Assembly: GCA_963719515.1 (NCBI GenBank)
Contig: CAVRCJ010000007.1
Location: forward strand, 64,001-128,000
Direction of reading: 5' to 3'
DNA from: an uncultured cyanobacterium
GTDB taxonomy: Bacteria > Cyanobacteriota > Cyanobacteriia > CAKZMO01
DNA: 64,000 nucleotides
Shown here: one piece after another, positions 1 to 10,645 of the stretch
Layout: each line of letters opens with the position of its first letter
Numbering within the stretch: position 1 is the first letter of the stretch
Notes under the pieces: generated by a model
Database searches by the model: none
What the model was told of the DNA's origin: nothing
The model's input: only the letters and a program-made list of their open reading frames with translations
Made by a program: the position numbers and the translations under genes

Positions 1-277
1 CGCCCCGCTCGACCAAATCCACGAAGTTACCGCCGGTTACCGGCGCGTACTCACCGTTGACTTCAACGGTAACCGGCGCGCCGTTAATGACCAGCTCGAC
101 CACTGCGGTGCCGTTGAGTCTGGGCAAGGACGACATGCTGGGCATATCGCTCACGACGTCGCCGTCGCTAGACGGGGAGCAGCCGCTAAGAGTTAGGGCG
201 GCGATCGCCACTAGCACAAAGAGCCGGTGAAGCGTACGGCGGGACGCGGAATTCCCTAGCAGATTGAATCCATTCAT
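1..277 (-). CDS. Cyclophilin-type peptidyl-prolyl isomerase, lipoprotein (5' part; runs off the window start)
   Basis: Manual translation from ATG 277 gives MNGFNLL...[12 protein letters not shown] (lipobox)...[42 protein letters not shown], matching the cyclophilin APxTxxNFxxL motif. It lies next to ycf4, as is usual in cyanobacteria. Confidence 0.8.
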   Translation of the reverse strand, partial: MNGFNLLGNSASRRTLHRLFVLVAIAALTLSGCSPSSDGDVVSDMPSMSSLPRLNGTAVVELVINGAPVTVEVNGEYAPVTGGNFVDLVERG

Positions 278-453
278 GCTAAATCAATGTTCTAAACTAA
301 ATTTTGAATTAACCGTATCAAAAGCGAAGACCTGCAAAGGCTAAAACGTTGCCCAGCCAATGCTTCGATGACGGCAGCCTGATGCCCCCCTTGGCGGAAG
401 CTATCGCCGTGAGCCGGTCGCGCCTCGGCCTATCCCTCACCCTTAGCCCCAAG

Positions 454-1059
454 CTATAGGCCTTCCAGCGGCACCGAGAGGAAGCGGGCCAGCTCAGCGC
501 CCTGGTCTTCCAGCTCAGAGAGGCCCAGGGGCTGGCCGACTCGGGTCAAGGGAATGTCTCGCTTCCCCCTCACTTTTAGGTAGAGCGCTCGCTTAGGATT
601 GATGCCTTCTCTGAGGTCTACAAAGATAGACTGGATATCGTCGAGGGGATGAGTGACCTCAATTTGGCGATTTTTACCTGGAAATCCCCAGCGAAAGATG
701 CACACCTTGCCCGTGTCCTTATTGAACTCGTTGTATCCACCGCCGACGTTCCAAACGATAACGAGCCATAGATACGTTGCGAGCAGCAGCGCGGCAACCC
801 CGTAGAACCCCATAGCGATGCCCTGGGGGATGAAAACGAGCCGGGTTGGGTTTGAAATGGGGAGTAGATTGACGCCCAAGTAGCTGGAAAGGCCCGACAG
901 GAAAAAACCTACACCACCAATTGAAATGATTGTGGCCCACCAGTAATTGCTCAAGCGGCGAGAGCCCAGAATGGTTCGGCGCAGCACGGTCTGGCTTTGA
1001 GGGTTTTGATTTTGAGAATCTACAGATGCAGTCGATGTCGACATGGGCCTAGTATCCAC
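454..1059 (-). CDS. ycf4: Photosystem I assembly protein Ycf4
   Basis: [33 protein letters not shown] and [10 protein letters not shown] motifs; C-terminal FLSVPLEGL. The true start may be ATG 1044. Confidence 0.96.
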   Translation of the reverse strand: MDTRPMSTSTASVDSQNQNPQSQTVLRRTILGSRRLSNYWWATIISIGGVGFFLSGLSSYLGVNLLPISNPTRLVFIPQGIAMGFYGVAALLLATYLWLVIVWNVGGGYNEFNKDTGKVCIFRWGFPGKNRQIEVTHPLDDIQSIFVDLREGINPKRALYLKVRGKRDIPLTRVGQPLGLSELEDQGAELARFLSVPLEGL

Positions 1060-1513
1060 GAAATCAATGGACAGATAATGGATTCAGCAGGCAGTGCGGG
1101 AATGCCCTGTCAGAGTCTTCTGGCAAATCACCACGCCGTGCCGTACCCATCATAGCGAGTCGCTCCCCCCTCTGATGACCCAACCCTCTTCCTTTCACAG
1201 AGCAGACTCAAGGGCTCAGCCGGATCGAGCGCTACCGCACTGATTTCCCGCACCGAATACCTATGAGAGCCAACGTATCAGATTGTAAAATTTTGAGTAT
1301 ATCTCTATCATGTAAAGGACTTGTATGATTTCTGGCGACGCGGCTACACCGAAAGGTGGAGCTAAACCTGAGAAGGGACCGGCGGAGTGGCATCCCCTGA
1401 TTTCCGCGTCGAGGTATGCTTATATTCAACCTCTCATTTGCAGAGCACGTTCTATATAAGCAGCCTTGCCTTAGGGTCGCCTTGAACTAAATACTGATTA
1501 ATGAGGATTTGAT

Positions 1514-2572
1514 ATGACCGTAGCAATGGGACGGGCGCAAGCCAGTCGAGGATGGTTTGACGTCCTTGATGACTGGCTAAAGCGCGACCGATTCGTCTTT
1601 ATTGGCTGGTCTGGTCTATTGCTGTTCCCCTGCGCCTACATGGCGGTGGGGGGCTGGCTGACTGGGACCACCTTCGTCACCTCGTGGTACACCCACGGAC
1701 TGGCATCGTCTTACTTAGAGGGCTGCAACTTTCTGACGGTTGCGGTCTCGACTCCTGCAGACAGCATGGGACACTCCATCTTGTTTTTGTGGGGACCGGA
1801 AGCGAACTGGAACCTGGTTCGCTGGTTTCAGGTTGGCGGGCTGTGGAGCTTTGTTGCACTGCACGGCGCGTTTGGTCTGATTGGCTTTATGCTGCGGCAG
1901 TTTGAGATTGCGCGGCTGGTGGGGATTCGTCCTTACAACGCGATCGCCTTTTCTGGGCCGATTGCGGTGTTTGTGTCGGTATTCTTCATGTATCCGCTAG
2001 GTCAGTCGTCCTGGTTCTTTGCGCCGAGCTTCGGGGTAGCGGCAATCTTCCGCTTCCTGCTGTTTTTGCAGGGTTTCCACAACTGGACGCTGAACCCGTT
2101 CCACATGATGGGCGTGGCGGGCATTCTGGGCGGCGCTTTGCTGTGCGCGATTCACGGTGCGACGGTAGAGAACACGCTGTTCCAGGACGGCGAGCAGTCG
2201 AGCACGTTCCGTGCGTTCAACCCGACGCAGGCAGAAGAGACGTATTCGATGGTGACGGCGAACCGATTCTGGTCACAGATTTTCGGAATTGCGTTTTCGA
2301 ACAAGCGGTGGCTGCACTTCTTCATGCTGTTTGTGCCGGTAACGGGACTGTGGATGTCGAGCATCGGGATTGTGGGTCTAGCGCTGAACCTGCGGGCGTA
2401 TGACTTCACGTCACAGGAGATTCGGGCAGCCGAGGACCCTGAGTTTGAGACGTTCTACACGAAGAACATTTTGTTGAACGAAGGTATTCGCTCCTGGATG
2501 GCAGTTCAGGACCAGCCTCACGAGCAGTTTGTATTCCCTGAGGAGGTACTACCCCGTGGTAACGCTCTCTAA
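1514..2572 (+). CDS. psbD: Photosystem II D2 protein
   Basis: 352 aa; [17 protein letters not shown] ... [12 protein letters not shown]. Confidence 0.99.
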   Translation: MTVAMGRAQASRGWFDVLDDWLKRDRFVFIGWSGLLLFPCAYMAVGGWLTGTTFVTSWYTHGLASSYLEGCNFLTVAVSTPADSMGHSILFLWGPEANWNLVRWFQVGGLWSFVALHGAFGLIGFMLRQFEIARLVGIRPYNAIAFSGPIAVFVSVFFMYPLGQSSWFFAPSFGVAAIFRFLLFLQGFHNWTLNPFHMMGVAGILGGALLCAIHGATVENTLFQDGEQSSTFRAFNPTQAEETYSMVTANRFWSQIFGIAFSNKRWLHFFMLFVPVTGLWMSSIGIVGLALNLRAYDFTSQEIRAAEDPEFETFYTKNILLNEGIRSWMAVQDQPHEQFVFPEEVLPRGNAL

Positions 2573-3938
2573 TAACGATTTCATTGGCGGTCGCGATCTA
2601 GAATCCACCGGCTTTGCCTGGTGGTCTGGAAACGCTCGATTGATTAATTTGTCCGGTAAGCTGCTGGGCGCTCACGTCGCTCACGCAGGTCTGATCGTCT
2701 TCTGGGCGGGTGCAATGACCTTGTTTGAGGTCGCTCACTTCGTTCCTGAAAAGCCCATGTATGAGCAGGGTCTGATCCTGCTGCCTCACCTGGCGACGCA
2801 AGGCTGGGGCGTTGGCGCCGGCGGTGAAGTCATCAACACCTTCCCCTACTTCGTAGTGGGTGTGCTTCACCTGATTTCCTCCGCCGTTCTCGGCCTTGGT
2901 GGTATCTACCACGCCGTTCGCGGCCCCGAGACGCTAGAGGAATACTCTTCGTTCTTCGGCTACGACTGGAAAGACAAGAACAAGATGACTACCATCATCG
3001 GCATTCACCTGCTGCTTCTGGGCGGTGGTGCCTTCCTGCTGGTGCTCAAGGCAATGTTCTTTGGCGGTGTCTATGACACCTGGGCTCCCGGCGGCGGTGA
3101 CGTCCGCGTGATTACCAACCCCACCCTTAATCCGGCCATTATCTTTGGCTACTTAACTAAGGCTCCCTTCGGTGGAGAGGGTTGGCTGATTGGTGTCGAC
3201 AACATGGAAGACATCATCGGTGGCCACATTTGGGTCGGTCTGCTCTGCATTACCGGCGGCATTTGGCACATTCTCACCAAGCCGTTTGCTTGGGCGCGTC
3301 GTGCCTTTGTCTGGTCTGGTGAGGCATACCTCTCTTACAGCCTAGGTGCGCTTTCTCTGATGGGCTTCCTCGCTGCGATGTACGTGTGGTTTAACAACAC
3401 GGCATACCCCAGTGAGTTCTATGGTCCTACGAGTTCCGAGGCGTCTCAGGCTCAGGCATTCACCTTCATGGTGCGTGACCAGCGTCTGGGTGCGAACGTC
3501 GGTTCTGCTCAAGGCCCGACCGGCCTAGGTAAGTACCTGATGCGCTCTCCCACGGGTGAGATCATCTTCGGTGGTGAGACCATGCGTTTTTGGGACTTCC
3601 GCGGTCCTTGGCTGGAGCCCCTACGGGGACCCAACGGCCTTGACCTCGATAAGATCCGTAACGACATTCAGCCCTGGCAGATTCGCCGCGCGGCTGAGTA
3701 TATGACCCACGCTCCGCTGGCGTCCATCAACTCTGTGGGTGGCGTCATCACCGAGCCGAACTCCTTCAACTATGTGAACCTGCGTCAGTGGTTGGCTGGA
3801 GCTCACTTTATTCTCGGCTTCTTCTTCTTGATTGGTCACCTCTGGCATGCGGGCCGCGCTCGCGCCGCTGTGGCTGGCTTTGAGAGGGGCATTGTGCGTG
3901 AGACTGAGCCGGTTCTCTCGATGCCGGATCTCGACTAG
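2556..3938 (+). CDS. psbC: Photosystem II CP43 protein (GTG start overlapping psbD by 17 nt)
   Basis: GTG-GTA-ACG-CTC at 2556 after [50 protein letters not shown]. Confidence 0.98.
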   Translation: MVTLSNNDFIGGRDLESTGFAWWSGNARLINLSGKLLGAHVAHAGLIVFWAGAMTLFEVAHFVPEKPMYEQGLILLPHLATQGWGVGAGGEVINTFPYFVVGVLHLISSAVLGLGGIYHAVRGPETLEEYSSFFGYDWKDKNKMTTIIGIHLLLLGGGAFLLVLKAMFFGGVYDTWAPGGGDVRVITNPTLNPAIIFGYLTKAPFGGEGWLIGVDNMEDIIGGHIWVGLLCITGGIWHILTKPFAWARRAFVWSGEAYLSYSLGALSLMGFLAAMYVWFNNTAYPSEFYGPTSSEASQAQAFTFMVRDQRLGANVGSAQGPTGLGKYLMRSPTGEIIFGGETMRFWDFRGPWLEPLRGPNGLDLDKIRNDIQPWQIRRAAEYMTHAPLASINSVGGVITEPNSFNYVNLRQWLAGAHFILGFFFLIGHLWHAGRARAAVAGFERGIVRETEPVLSMPDLD

Positions 3939-3952
3939 AGTTTGCTTGATCG

Positions 3953-3978
3953 GTAGGGTGGGCGCTGCCTACCCTTAC
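3953..3978 (+). repeat. REP-like palindromic unit (GTAG + hairpin)
   Basis: GTAGGGTGGGCGCTGCCTACCCTTAC; near-identical copy at 23084-23108. Confidence 0.6.
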
Positions 3979-3983
3979 TTCTA

Positions 3984-4016
3984 TCCCCTGCCCTGTTGTG
4001 GTGGGGGATTTTTTGC
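3984..4016 (+). terminator. Probable intrinsic terminator of psbDC
   Basis: ATCCCC...GGGGAT stem followed by TTTTT. Confidence 0.6.
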
Positions 4017-5320
4017 TTTAACACGCCTGGCGTAGCCTTTGACTTTGATATAAGCTGCTGTGAAAGCAGGGGGCCGCATGACTGAAGCGTTTATTTCGTA
4101 CTCGCGTAGAGACAAAGCCTTTGTTAATCGGCTCTACGAAGCGCTAAGCCAAGACAATCGCGACGTTTGGATCGATTGGGAAAGCATTCCCTTTACGGCG
4201 GACTGGCGTAAAGAAATATACGAAGGAATTGAGGCGGCCAACAACTTTGTTTTTATTATCAGCCCTAGCTCGGCAGCGTCTAAAGTTTGTAGTGAGGAAG
4301 TTGAGCATGCTATTCGATGTAACAAGCGGCTAGTGCCAGTTGTGCATCAGTTTTCCGGTGACGTTCACCCAGAGCTGACAAAAATCAACTACATTTTTTT
4401 CGATGCGGAGCACAGCTTTAAGGCGAGCTTTCGGGCCTTGCTTGATGCCATCGATACTGACCTTGCCCATGTCAAAGCGCATACTTATCTGCTGACCAAC
4501 GCCCTGAAGTGGGATAAGAAGCAGAGCGACAGCTGCTTGCTGCGGGGTAGCGAGCTGGAGGCTGCAGAGGAGTGGTTAACCTGTGGCGCAGACAAACAGC
4601 CTTACCCAACGCCGCTGCAGCGGCAGTATATCAACGCTAGCCGTAGAGCGGAAAAGGTCAGCCAGCGAAATCGGCTGGCGGCGGTGACTGCTGGCTTTGT
4701 CGTGGCCTCTGGACTGGCGGTATTTGCGGCGCTGCAGTGGCGAGAGGCTCAGCTAGGCCAAGTTCTTGCCCTGACCCAAACCTCAGAGGCCCGTTTTGCC
4801 CTCAACCGGGATTCGCTGGATGCATTGGTTCCTGCTTTGGAGGCGGGGATACGATTGCAGCGATCGCCCTTTCTTTTTCCAAGTGCTGCCATTGAGCAGG
4901 ATGTAGTGCGATCGCTGCGGCAGGCGCTGGACTGGGTTAGGGAGCGCGATCGCTTGGAAGGACACAGCAACTACGTGCAGCATGTGAGCTTTAGCCCCGA
5001 TGGACAAATGATTGCGACCGCAGGCCATGATAATACGGTCAAACTGTGGACCCGCGATGGGGAGCTACTGTGGACCCGTGATGAGCATACAGGGACGGTA
5101 ATGGGGGTAAGCTTTAGCTCTGATAGCAATACCCTTGCGACGGCTAGCCTTGACGGTGTCGTCAAGCTTTGGAGCCAAGATGGAGAGGAGCTCCAGACTC
5201 TTACTGGTCACGAGGGTGGCGTATACAGCGTTAGCTTCAGCCCTGATAGCCTGTAATGGACCCGGAAAACTGGACAGGGGGCTAAGCTCTGAACCACTCA
5301 ACAAATGATAGGAGTAGTTC

Positions 5321-5641
5321 ATGGGCAACAAACGAAAACAATACAGCGCGCAGTTCAAGGCCAAAGTGGCACTCGATGCCAATCGGGCTGAGAAGACGAT
5401 CGCCGAGCTAGCGAGTCAGCATCAGCTGCATCCGACGGTGATCAACGGCTGGAAGCGACGCCTATTGGAAGGAGCAAGCAGTCTGTTCGAGAAGGGCAGC
5501 GCGGCATCGAAAGCTGATGCCACGGCCCAGGCGCAGATTGACGAGCTGTACCGGCAGATAGGGCAGCTGAAGGTAGAGCGAGATTTTTTAGCGAGCAAGT
5601 CCAAAGAGCTGGGCCTGCGGAGCGAAAATCCATGGTCGTAG
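5321..5641 (+). CDS. IS3-family transposase OrfA (HTH)
   Basis: RKQYSAQFKAKVAL...IAELASQHQLHP...WKR...LYRQIGQLKVERDFL. Confidence 0.92.
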   Translation: MGNKRKQYSAQFKAKVALDANRAEKTIAELASQHQLHPTVINGWKRRLLEGASSLFEKGSAASKADATAQAQIDELYRQIGQLKVERDFLASKSKELGLRSENPWS

Positions 5642-6441
5642 CAGAGCACCCACAGCTAAGTATCGCCCGGCAGTGCGAACTGCTCAGGGTTGCTCGCTCT
5701 AGCTACTACTATCAGCCACAAGCGCCGCAAGAAGAGGAGTTGACGCTGCTGCTGCTCTTGGATAAGCAGTACATGGAGACGCCATTCTACGGGGCAAGGC
5801 GGATGGCGGTCGTGCTGCGGCAGAAGGGCTACCCAGTGGGCCGCAAGCGGGTGCAGCGGTTGATGCGGCAGCTAGGCATCGAGGCCATCTACCCCAAGCC
5901 CAGACTCAGCAGGGCGAACCCGGAGCACCGGGTGTATCCCTACCTGTTGCGGGGACTGGAAGTTGCCAAAGCAAATCAGGTTTGGTGCACTGACATCACC
6001 TACCTGCCGGTGCTCAAGGGGCATTTCTACCTGGTCGCTGTGATGGACTGGTATAGCCGCAAAGTGCTCAGCTGGCGCATCTCCAACACCCTTGAGGTGG
6101 GCTTTTGTCTAGAGGCGCTTGAGGAAGCCATTGCCCGCTACGCTACCCCTGACATCTTTAATTCGGACCAGGGGAGTCAGTTTACTTCAAACCAATTCAC
6201 TGAGCGCCTTACAGCAGCAGGGATTGCCATCAGCATGGATGGACGGGGTCGCTGCCACGACAACATCTTCATTGAGCGGCTGTGGCGTTCTATCAAGTAC
6301 GAGCTGATCTACTTGAAGGCGTTTGAGGATGGACATCACTTAAATCAGGAGGTCACAAGATGGTTTGACTGGTACAATCGGGAGCGACCGCATCAAGCGT
6401 TAGGCTACCTCACTCCAGAGGAGGTCTACTGGGAAGAGTGA
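5584..6441 (+). CDS. IS3-family transposase OrfB (rve/DDE), probably fused to OrfA by -1 frameshift
   Basis: WCTDITY, FNSDQGSQFTS, DNIFIERLWRSIKYE. The -1 frame is open from the slippery heptamer T-TTT-TTA at 5584-5590. Confidence 0.9.
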   Translation, partial: FFSEQVQRAGPAERKSMVVAEHPQLSIARQCELLRVARSSYYYQPQAPQEEELTLLLLLDKQYMETPFYGARRMAVVLRQKGYPVGRKRVQRLMRQLGIEAIYPKPRLSRANPEHRVYPYLLRGLEVAKANQVWCTDITYLPVLKGHFYLVAVMDWYSRKVLSWRISNTLEVGFCLEALEEAIARYATPDIFNSDQGSQFTSNQFTERLTAAGIAISMDGRGRCHDNIFIERLWRSIKYELIYLKAFEDGHHLNQEVTRWFDWYNRERPHQALGYLTPEEVYWEE

Positions 6442-8139
6442 AGCTTCTCTAGAATGCTTGAAGAGGATATAGCGATCTCATCTTTTCAGAGCTTAGAGAT
6501 CCCTCGAAGTTGTCCAAAGGACTGGGTCCACTTCAGCCAAACGCTTGCTACCGCTGGTGAAGATGGCACAGCTAGGCTGTGGACTCGTGACGGAGCGCTC
6601 CTACAAATTCTGAAAGGACACAGCCGACCCCTGCGTCGCATAGCCTTTAGCCCTGATGGTCAGACGCTTGCGACCGCTAGTGAAGATGGTACAGCTAGGC
6701 TATGGACTCGCAATGGAGACCTGCTACAAACCCTTGATGGGCATCAAAGCACCGTTAATAGCGTCAGCTTTGGCCCTGATGGTCAAACGCTTGCTACTGC
6801 CAGCAACGACAATACTATAATCCTTTGGAGCGTTGCGGGGAAAAAGCTCCAAACTTTGAAAGAACATCGCGAGGAGGTTGTTGATGTGGGCTTTTCACCA
6901 GATGGTGAAACTATCGCAAGCTCTAGCGAAGACAACACGATCAAACTCTGGAACCAAAATGGTGAATTACTAAAAACCCTGCAGGGGCATAGCGGACGCA
7001 TCAGCAGTGTTAGCTTTGACCCTAGCGGACAGACGTTAGCTAGTGCAAGTAGCGACAAGACCGTTAGGCTATGGAGCGTTGAACCTGAACGGTTTACGGT
7101 TTTATTAGGGCATGATGATGTAGTCTACAGCGTGAGTTTTGCTCCCGATGGTGAGGCAGTTGCCACTGCAAGTTTCGATAAGACGGTAAGGCTTTGGAGT
7201 CCGCAGGGAGAACCTTTTCGCTCGCTTCCTCATACAGGCTGGATTAGCCGAGTTAGTTTTAGCGTCGATGGCGCTACCTTTGCTACGGTTGGGCAAGACC
7301 TAATGGTGAGGCTTTGGGACAGAGATGGTATGTTACAAAATACTTTTAAGGGTCACGACGATTGGGTTCATAGCGTGAGCTTTGGCCCAGATGATAACGC
7401 TATTGCCACGGCTAGTGAGGATGGCACCGCAAAGCTTTGGAACCGAAACGGTGAACTCCTGAATACGCTCGCAGGGCATGATGGCCCAGTTTACGGCGTT
7501 GACGTGAGCTCTGATGGCCAAATCATAGCGACTGCCAGTAAGGATGGCACCGCAAAGCTTTGGAACCGAAACGGTGAACTCTTGAACACGCTCATAGGTC
7601 ATGGCGGCCCGGTTTATGGCGTTGCCCTCAGCCCTGACAGCCAAATGATAGTGACTGTCAGCGAGGACAATACGGCACAGCTTTGGAGCCAAGATGGTGA
7701 GAGGCTGAAGCTGTTAAAGGGGCACAGCGCTGCAGTCTTGGCCGCGGCATTTAGTCCCGACAGTCGAATGATCGCGACTGTAAGTCGGGACAGAACTGCA
7801 AAACTTTGGAGTCAAGATGGGGAGTTGGTTACTAGTTTTGTTGGGCATAGCGATACCGTTAATCAAGCTAGCTTCAGTCCTGACGGTCAGGTTTTAGCAA
7901 CTGCCAGCGATGATAGGACGGTAATTCTATGGGAGCTTGACGAGAATAGCTTAGATAGCCTTGCAAATAAAGGATGTAACTGGTTGCGGAATTATCTAGA
8001 AAGTACCACGGAGGAAGGGTTGGAACGGCTATGTAGATATTAGTCTGAACCACTATCAAATATTGTTTAACATGATTGCTGTATTTTCCGTAATGTATGT
8101 TCGAACCCCTGTAGATCAGGGTAGTGTTAAAGGTGCATT

Positions 8140-8334
8140 ATGACTGACAAACCAGAAGCTAACTCTGTGCCAGACTCAACTAGTGCAGAAAAAGTGCCCC
8201 TCCCAGAAAAATCGCAGAATTCTGATATACCATTGGGTCCTGGCTGGCCTATTACAGAGGGGCACGGAGAAAAGCAGGAAGAGCAAGAACAGCCTCAACA
8301 GCCTCAAATTGGTACGCCCTCAAGCGATGAGTAG
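8140..8334 (+). CDS. Small acidic Pro/Gln-rich hypothetical protein
   Basis: ATG preceded by AAGGTG; 64 aa of low complexity; no recognisable family. Confidence 0.35.
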   Translation: MTDKPEANSVPDSTSAEKVPLPEKSQNSDIPLGPGWPITEGHGEKQEEQEQPQQPQIGTPSSDE

Positions 8335-8477
8335 TCAACGTTCTAGACCTAATGATTTATCTACTTCGAGCCATTGGCCGCTAATTGGGATGTGAGGGAC
8401 TCGTTCTCCTGCTGCAATTCTCGGATTCGCTGCTCTAAGGCGGTGATGCGCGATGCAGGAGAACGCTCTGTAGCTGA

Positions 8478-8779
8478 ATTAAAGAGCGCTGCCGACTGTT
8501 CAAGCTAGGCTGTAAATCCCAAACCTTCACCCACCAAGCCCTAGATGCCGCAGAACAGCACCCGGAGCTGATCTCCGCTTCTTCGACATCGAAGCCGCCC
8601 GCCGCGATATGGATCTGTTTGTCGCCCTCAACCTCGTTCTGCAGGCCGTCAGTGAACTCCAAACCCTCGTCAAAGATACCCAAACTTTAGCCGGTATCGA
8701 AGCCTACGCCGCCGCCCGCATGGCCTACTCAGCGGCAAAGACCATGGCCGCCAGCGCCCTGGCCCTTATTGTGCGGTAG
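8478..8779 (+). pseudogene. 5'-truncated, frameshifted remnant of a conserved cyanobacterial hypothetical gene
   Basis: Reads LFKLGCKSQTFTHQALDAAEQHPELISA, then after a frameshift near 8580 DIEAARRDMDLFVALNLVLQAVSELQTLVKDTQTLAGIEAYAAARMAYSAAK. No start codon. Confidence 0.6.
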
Positions 8780-8974
8780 CGCAACTCTCACGGCGCGAAC
8801 CGGGTCATCTCCACCCGAGCAGCAGTAAAGATTAGCCGTCCAGAGGCCGACCTATAGACCAATGCCCAATCCATCAGACCGTTAGTCTGTAGGTTGCATA
8901 TTATAGAAATAGGGCCAACAGTCTCCCCAAACAGACCCAAAGGCCCGCCGTGTTGTTTCATTAGAGGGCAGGTC

Positions 8975-9157
8975 ATGGAATCTTTCGATTCAGATACTGT
9001 ACAGTGGTCCGCTGAAGCGCAGCAGCGGCTCAAGCAAATTCCTTTTTTCGCGCGGCCTCAAGCGCGGCAGCAGGTAGAGCGCCGGGCCGCAGAGTGCGGC
9101 ATCGATCTCATCACGCCTGATGTATTAGAGCGGGTGCGGCGAGAGCTAGGGCAGTAG
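8975..9157 (+). CDS. PCP-reductase C-terminal-domain family small protein
   Basis: WSAEAQQRLKQIPFFARPQARQQVE...IT motif (PCP_red-like). Confidence 0.85.
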   Translation: MESFDSDTVQWSAEAQQRLKQIPFFARPQARQQVERRAAECGIDLITPDVLERVRRELGQ

Positions 9158-9161
9158 CGCG

Positions 9162-10391
9162 TCATCGGGGTACCGTGAGGCCCTGCGGCAGCGGAGCAGT
9201 ATCAGGAAGCTCTTTCCCTTGAATCAGCACCCCAAAGTTTCCCAAGCCCATGGGGTTGATTAGGGCATGGAGGGCATCTCGCCGCTGAATAATGTCGTTA
9301 ATGGAGCGATCGCCATTTTGCGACAGCTCATTGAGGCGATCGCCTAGCCCCAGCGCCATGAGGAACAGTCCCTGCTGCGTGAAGCCAACGGTGCTGAGGC
9401 CGCAGCGCTCTCCCGCCTGCTGCAGCGTCGTGAAGTCGACGTGGGCGGTGATGTCTTGGTGGCCGACGTTGCGGTAGGGGTCGGCATGATGGGCGTGGCG
9501 ATAGTAGCACTGCAGCGTGCCAGGCCGAGTTGGCTGGTAGTAGCGGGCAGCGGTGTGGCCGTAGTCTATGGTGAGCAGGTAGCCCGTTTTGAGGCGAGTT
9601 GAGACAGCGTGAAGCCAGTCTAGGGCCGCCAGGTTGACCTCCGTGGTGTAGCCGTCGGGGTAGTCCTCGAAGCTAATGCTGAGTTGCTCAAAATACTGCT
9701 GGAGAGCGGGGGTGGAGAGGTCGCCCGTCGTTTCAGTAAACTGTTCGGCGCTATCTGCGAGGGTCACGTAAACCTCCTGCAGCTCACCCGCCACTACTCT
9801 GACGCGGTGCACTGGAAAAGCGTCCACAAGCTCGTTAGAAAAGACGCAGCCTACAATAGAATTCTCTGGGATGTCGGACCAGCGGCACCACTGAAGACCA
9901 CTCCAGGAAGATTCATCCACCGCTGCCAGCGCCGCCGCGAGCCGCCGCTGCTGGTCTGCCGCAAGCCGGGGCGATCGCTCGATGACCCGGTAGGCGATCG
10001 CCGCGAAAAAAGAGGGGTGGTTTCGCTTGAGAGCCAGCAGAATATCAGCAGCAAGCAGACCCTGCCCTGCACCCTGCTCTACCAGCGTGAACGGTCGTGG
10101 TTTACCCAACGCGCCCCAAAGCTGAACAAACTGCTCCGCCAGCAGTTCACCAAAATCTGATCCAAAGCTGGAAGAAGTGACGTAGTCGCCCCGCTCACCG
10201 ACGGGAATGCGGCTGGTGTAGTAGCCCTGCTGAGGGTGATAAAGTGCCCACTCCATGTACTCGGCAAAGGAGATGCGGCGCTGGGGCTGCTGAAGAATAT
10301 GGTCTACGATCTGCCTGAGCAATGCCGGGTTGGCATTGTTTGACTCGATGGGGTTGCCTGGGGGGCGGTGAGGAGACTGGGAATATGCCAT
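9162..10391 (-). CDS. SAM-dependent methyltransferase, MidA/NDUFAF7 family
   Basis: ISFAEYMEWALYHPQQGYY, EQGAGQG, SNELVDAFPV, TIDYG, DITAHVDF. Confidence 0.92.
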   Translation of the reverse strand: MAYSQSPHRPPGNPIESNNANPALLRQIVDHILQQPQRRISFAEYMEWALYHPQQGYYTSRIPVGERGDYVTSSSFGSDFGELLAEQFVQLWGALGKPRPFTLVEQGAGQGLLAADILLALKRNHPSFFAAIAYRVIERSPRLAADQQRRLAAALAAVDESSWSGLQWCRWSDIPENSIVGCVFSNELVDAFPVHRVRVVAGELQEVYVTLADSAEQFTETTGDLSTPALQQYFEQLSISFEDYPDGYTTEVNLAALDWLHAVSTRLKTGYLLTIDYGHTAARYYQPTRPGTLQCYYRHAHHADPYRNVGHQDITAHVDFTTLQQAGERCGLSTVGFTQQGLFLMALGLGDRLNELSQNGDRSINDIIQRRDALHALINPMGLGNFGVLIQGKELPDTAPLPQGLTVPR

Positions 10392-10441
10392 AAAAAATAG
10401 GGCCAACGCTGGCCCCATTGTAAAACTTACGCACAGGCTGC

Positions 10442-10645
10442 CTACAGCGCGCTGCTGCCAAACGAAACGGGACGATTGACGCCGTTGGCGGAAAAGGCTA
10501 CAGCGAATTCAATGTTGGGATGCTGAGCCTGCAGAACGCTACGATAAGATTCGGCGTCGACAGGTCGCCTGAAGCGAGCCCATACTTGCTGAGATTCGGA
10601 CTGCTGCTGGACAACCCAAGGGTTTAGGCGCTCTTGATAACTCAT
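10442..10645 (-). CDS. Small conserved cyanobacterial hypothetical protein
   Basis: MSYQERLNPW...ARFRRPVDAESY...L pattern; GAGGT RBS upstream. Confidence 0.7.
   Translation of the reverse strand: MSYQERLNPWVVQQQSESQQVWARFRRPVDAESYRSVLQAQHPNIEFAVAFSANGVNRPVSFGSSAL

Larger units (their letters stand above)
5252..6535 (+). mobile_element. IS3-family insertion sequence, 1284 bp, 3-bp target duplication GCC
   Basis: TG...CA ends. IRL is TGTAATGGACCCGGAAAACTGGACA and IRR (reverse complement) is TGAAGTGGACCCAGTCCTTTGGACA. GCC at 5249-5251 and 6536-6538. orfA/orfB organisation. Confidence 0.95.
4078..8043 (+). pseudogene. TIR - TM - 14xWD40 protein interrupted by an IS3-family element
   Basis: N-terminal TIR (AFISYSRRD...WIDWE...FIISPSS...CSEE), a hydrophobic helix, then WD40 repeats. 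Removing 5252-6535 plus one GCC copy restores ...FSPDSQTLATAGEDG... and gives an 892-aa ORF. Confidence 0.9.

Noticed and set aside
1514..3938. Far-red (FaRLiP) psbD/psbC paralogues
   Set aside because: Standard ycf4-psbDC context; no rfpABC, apc or chlF genes nearby
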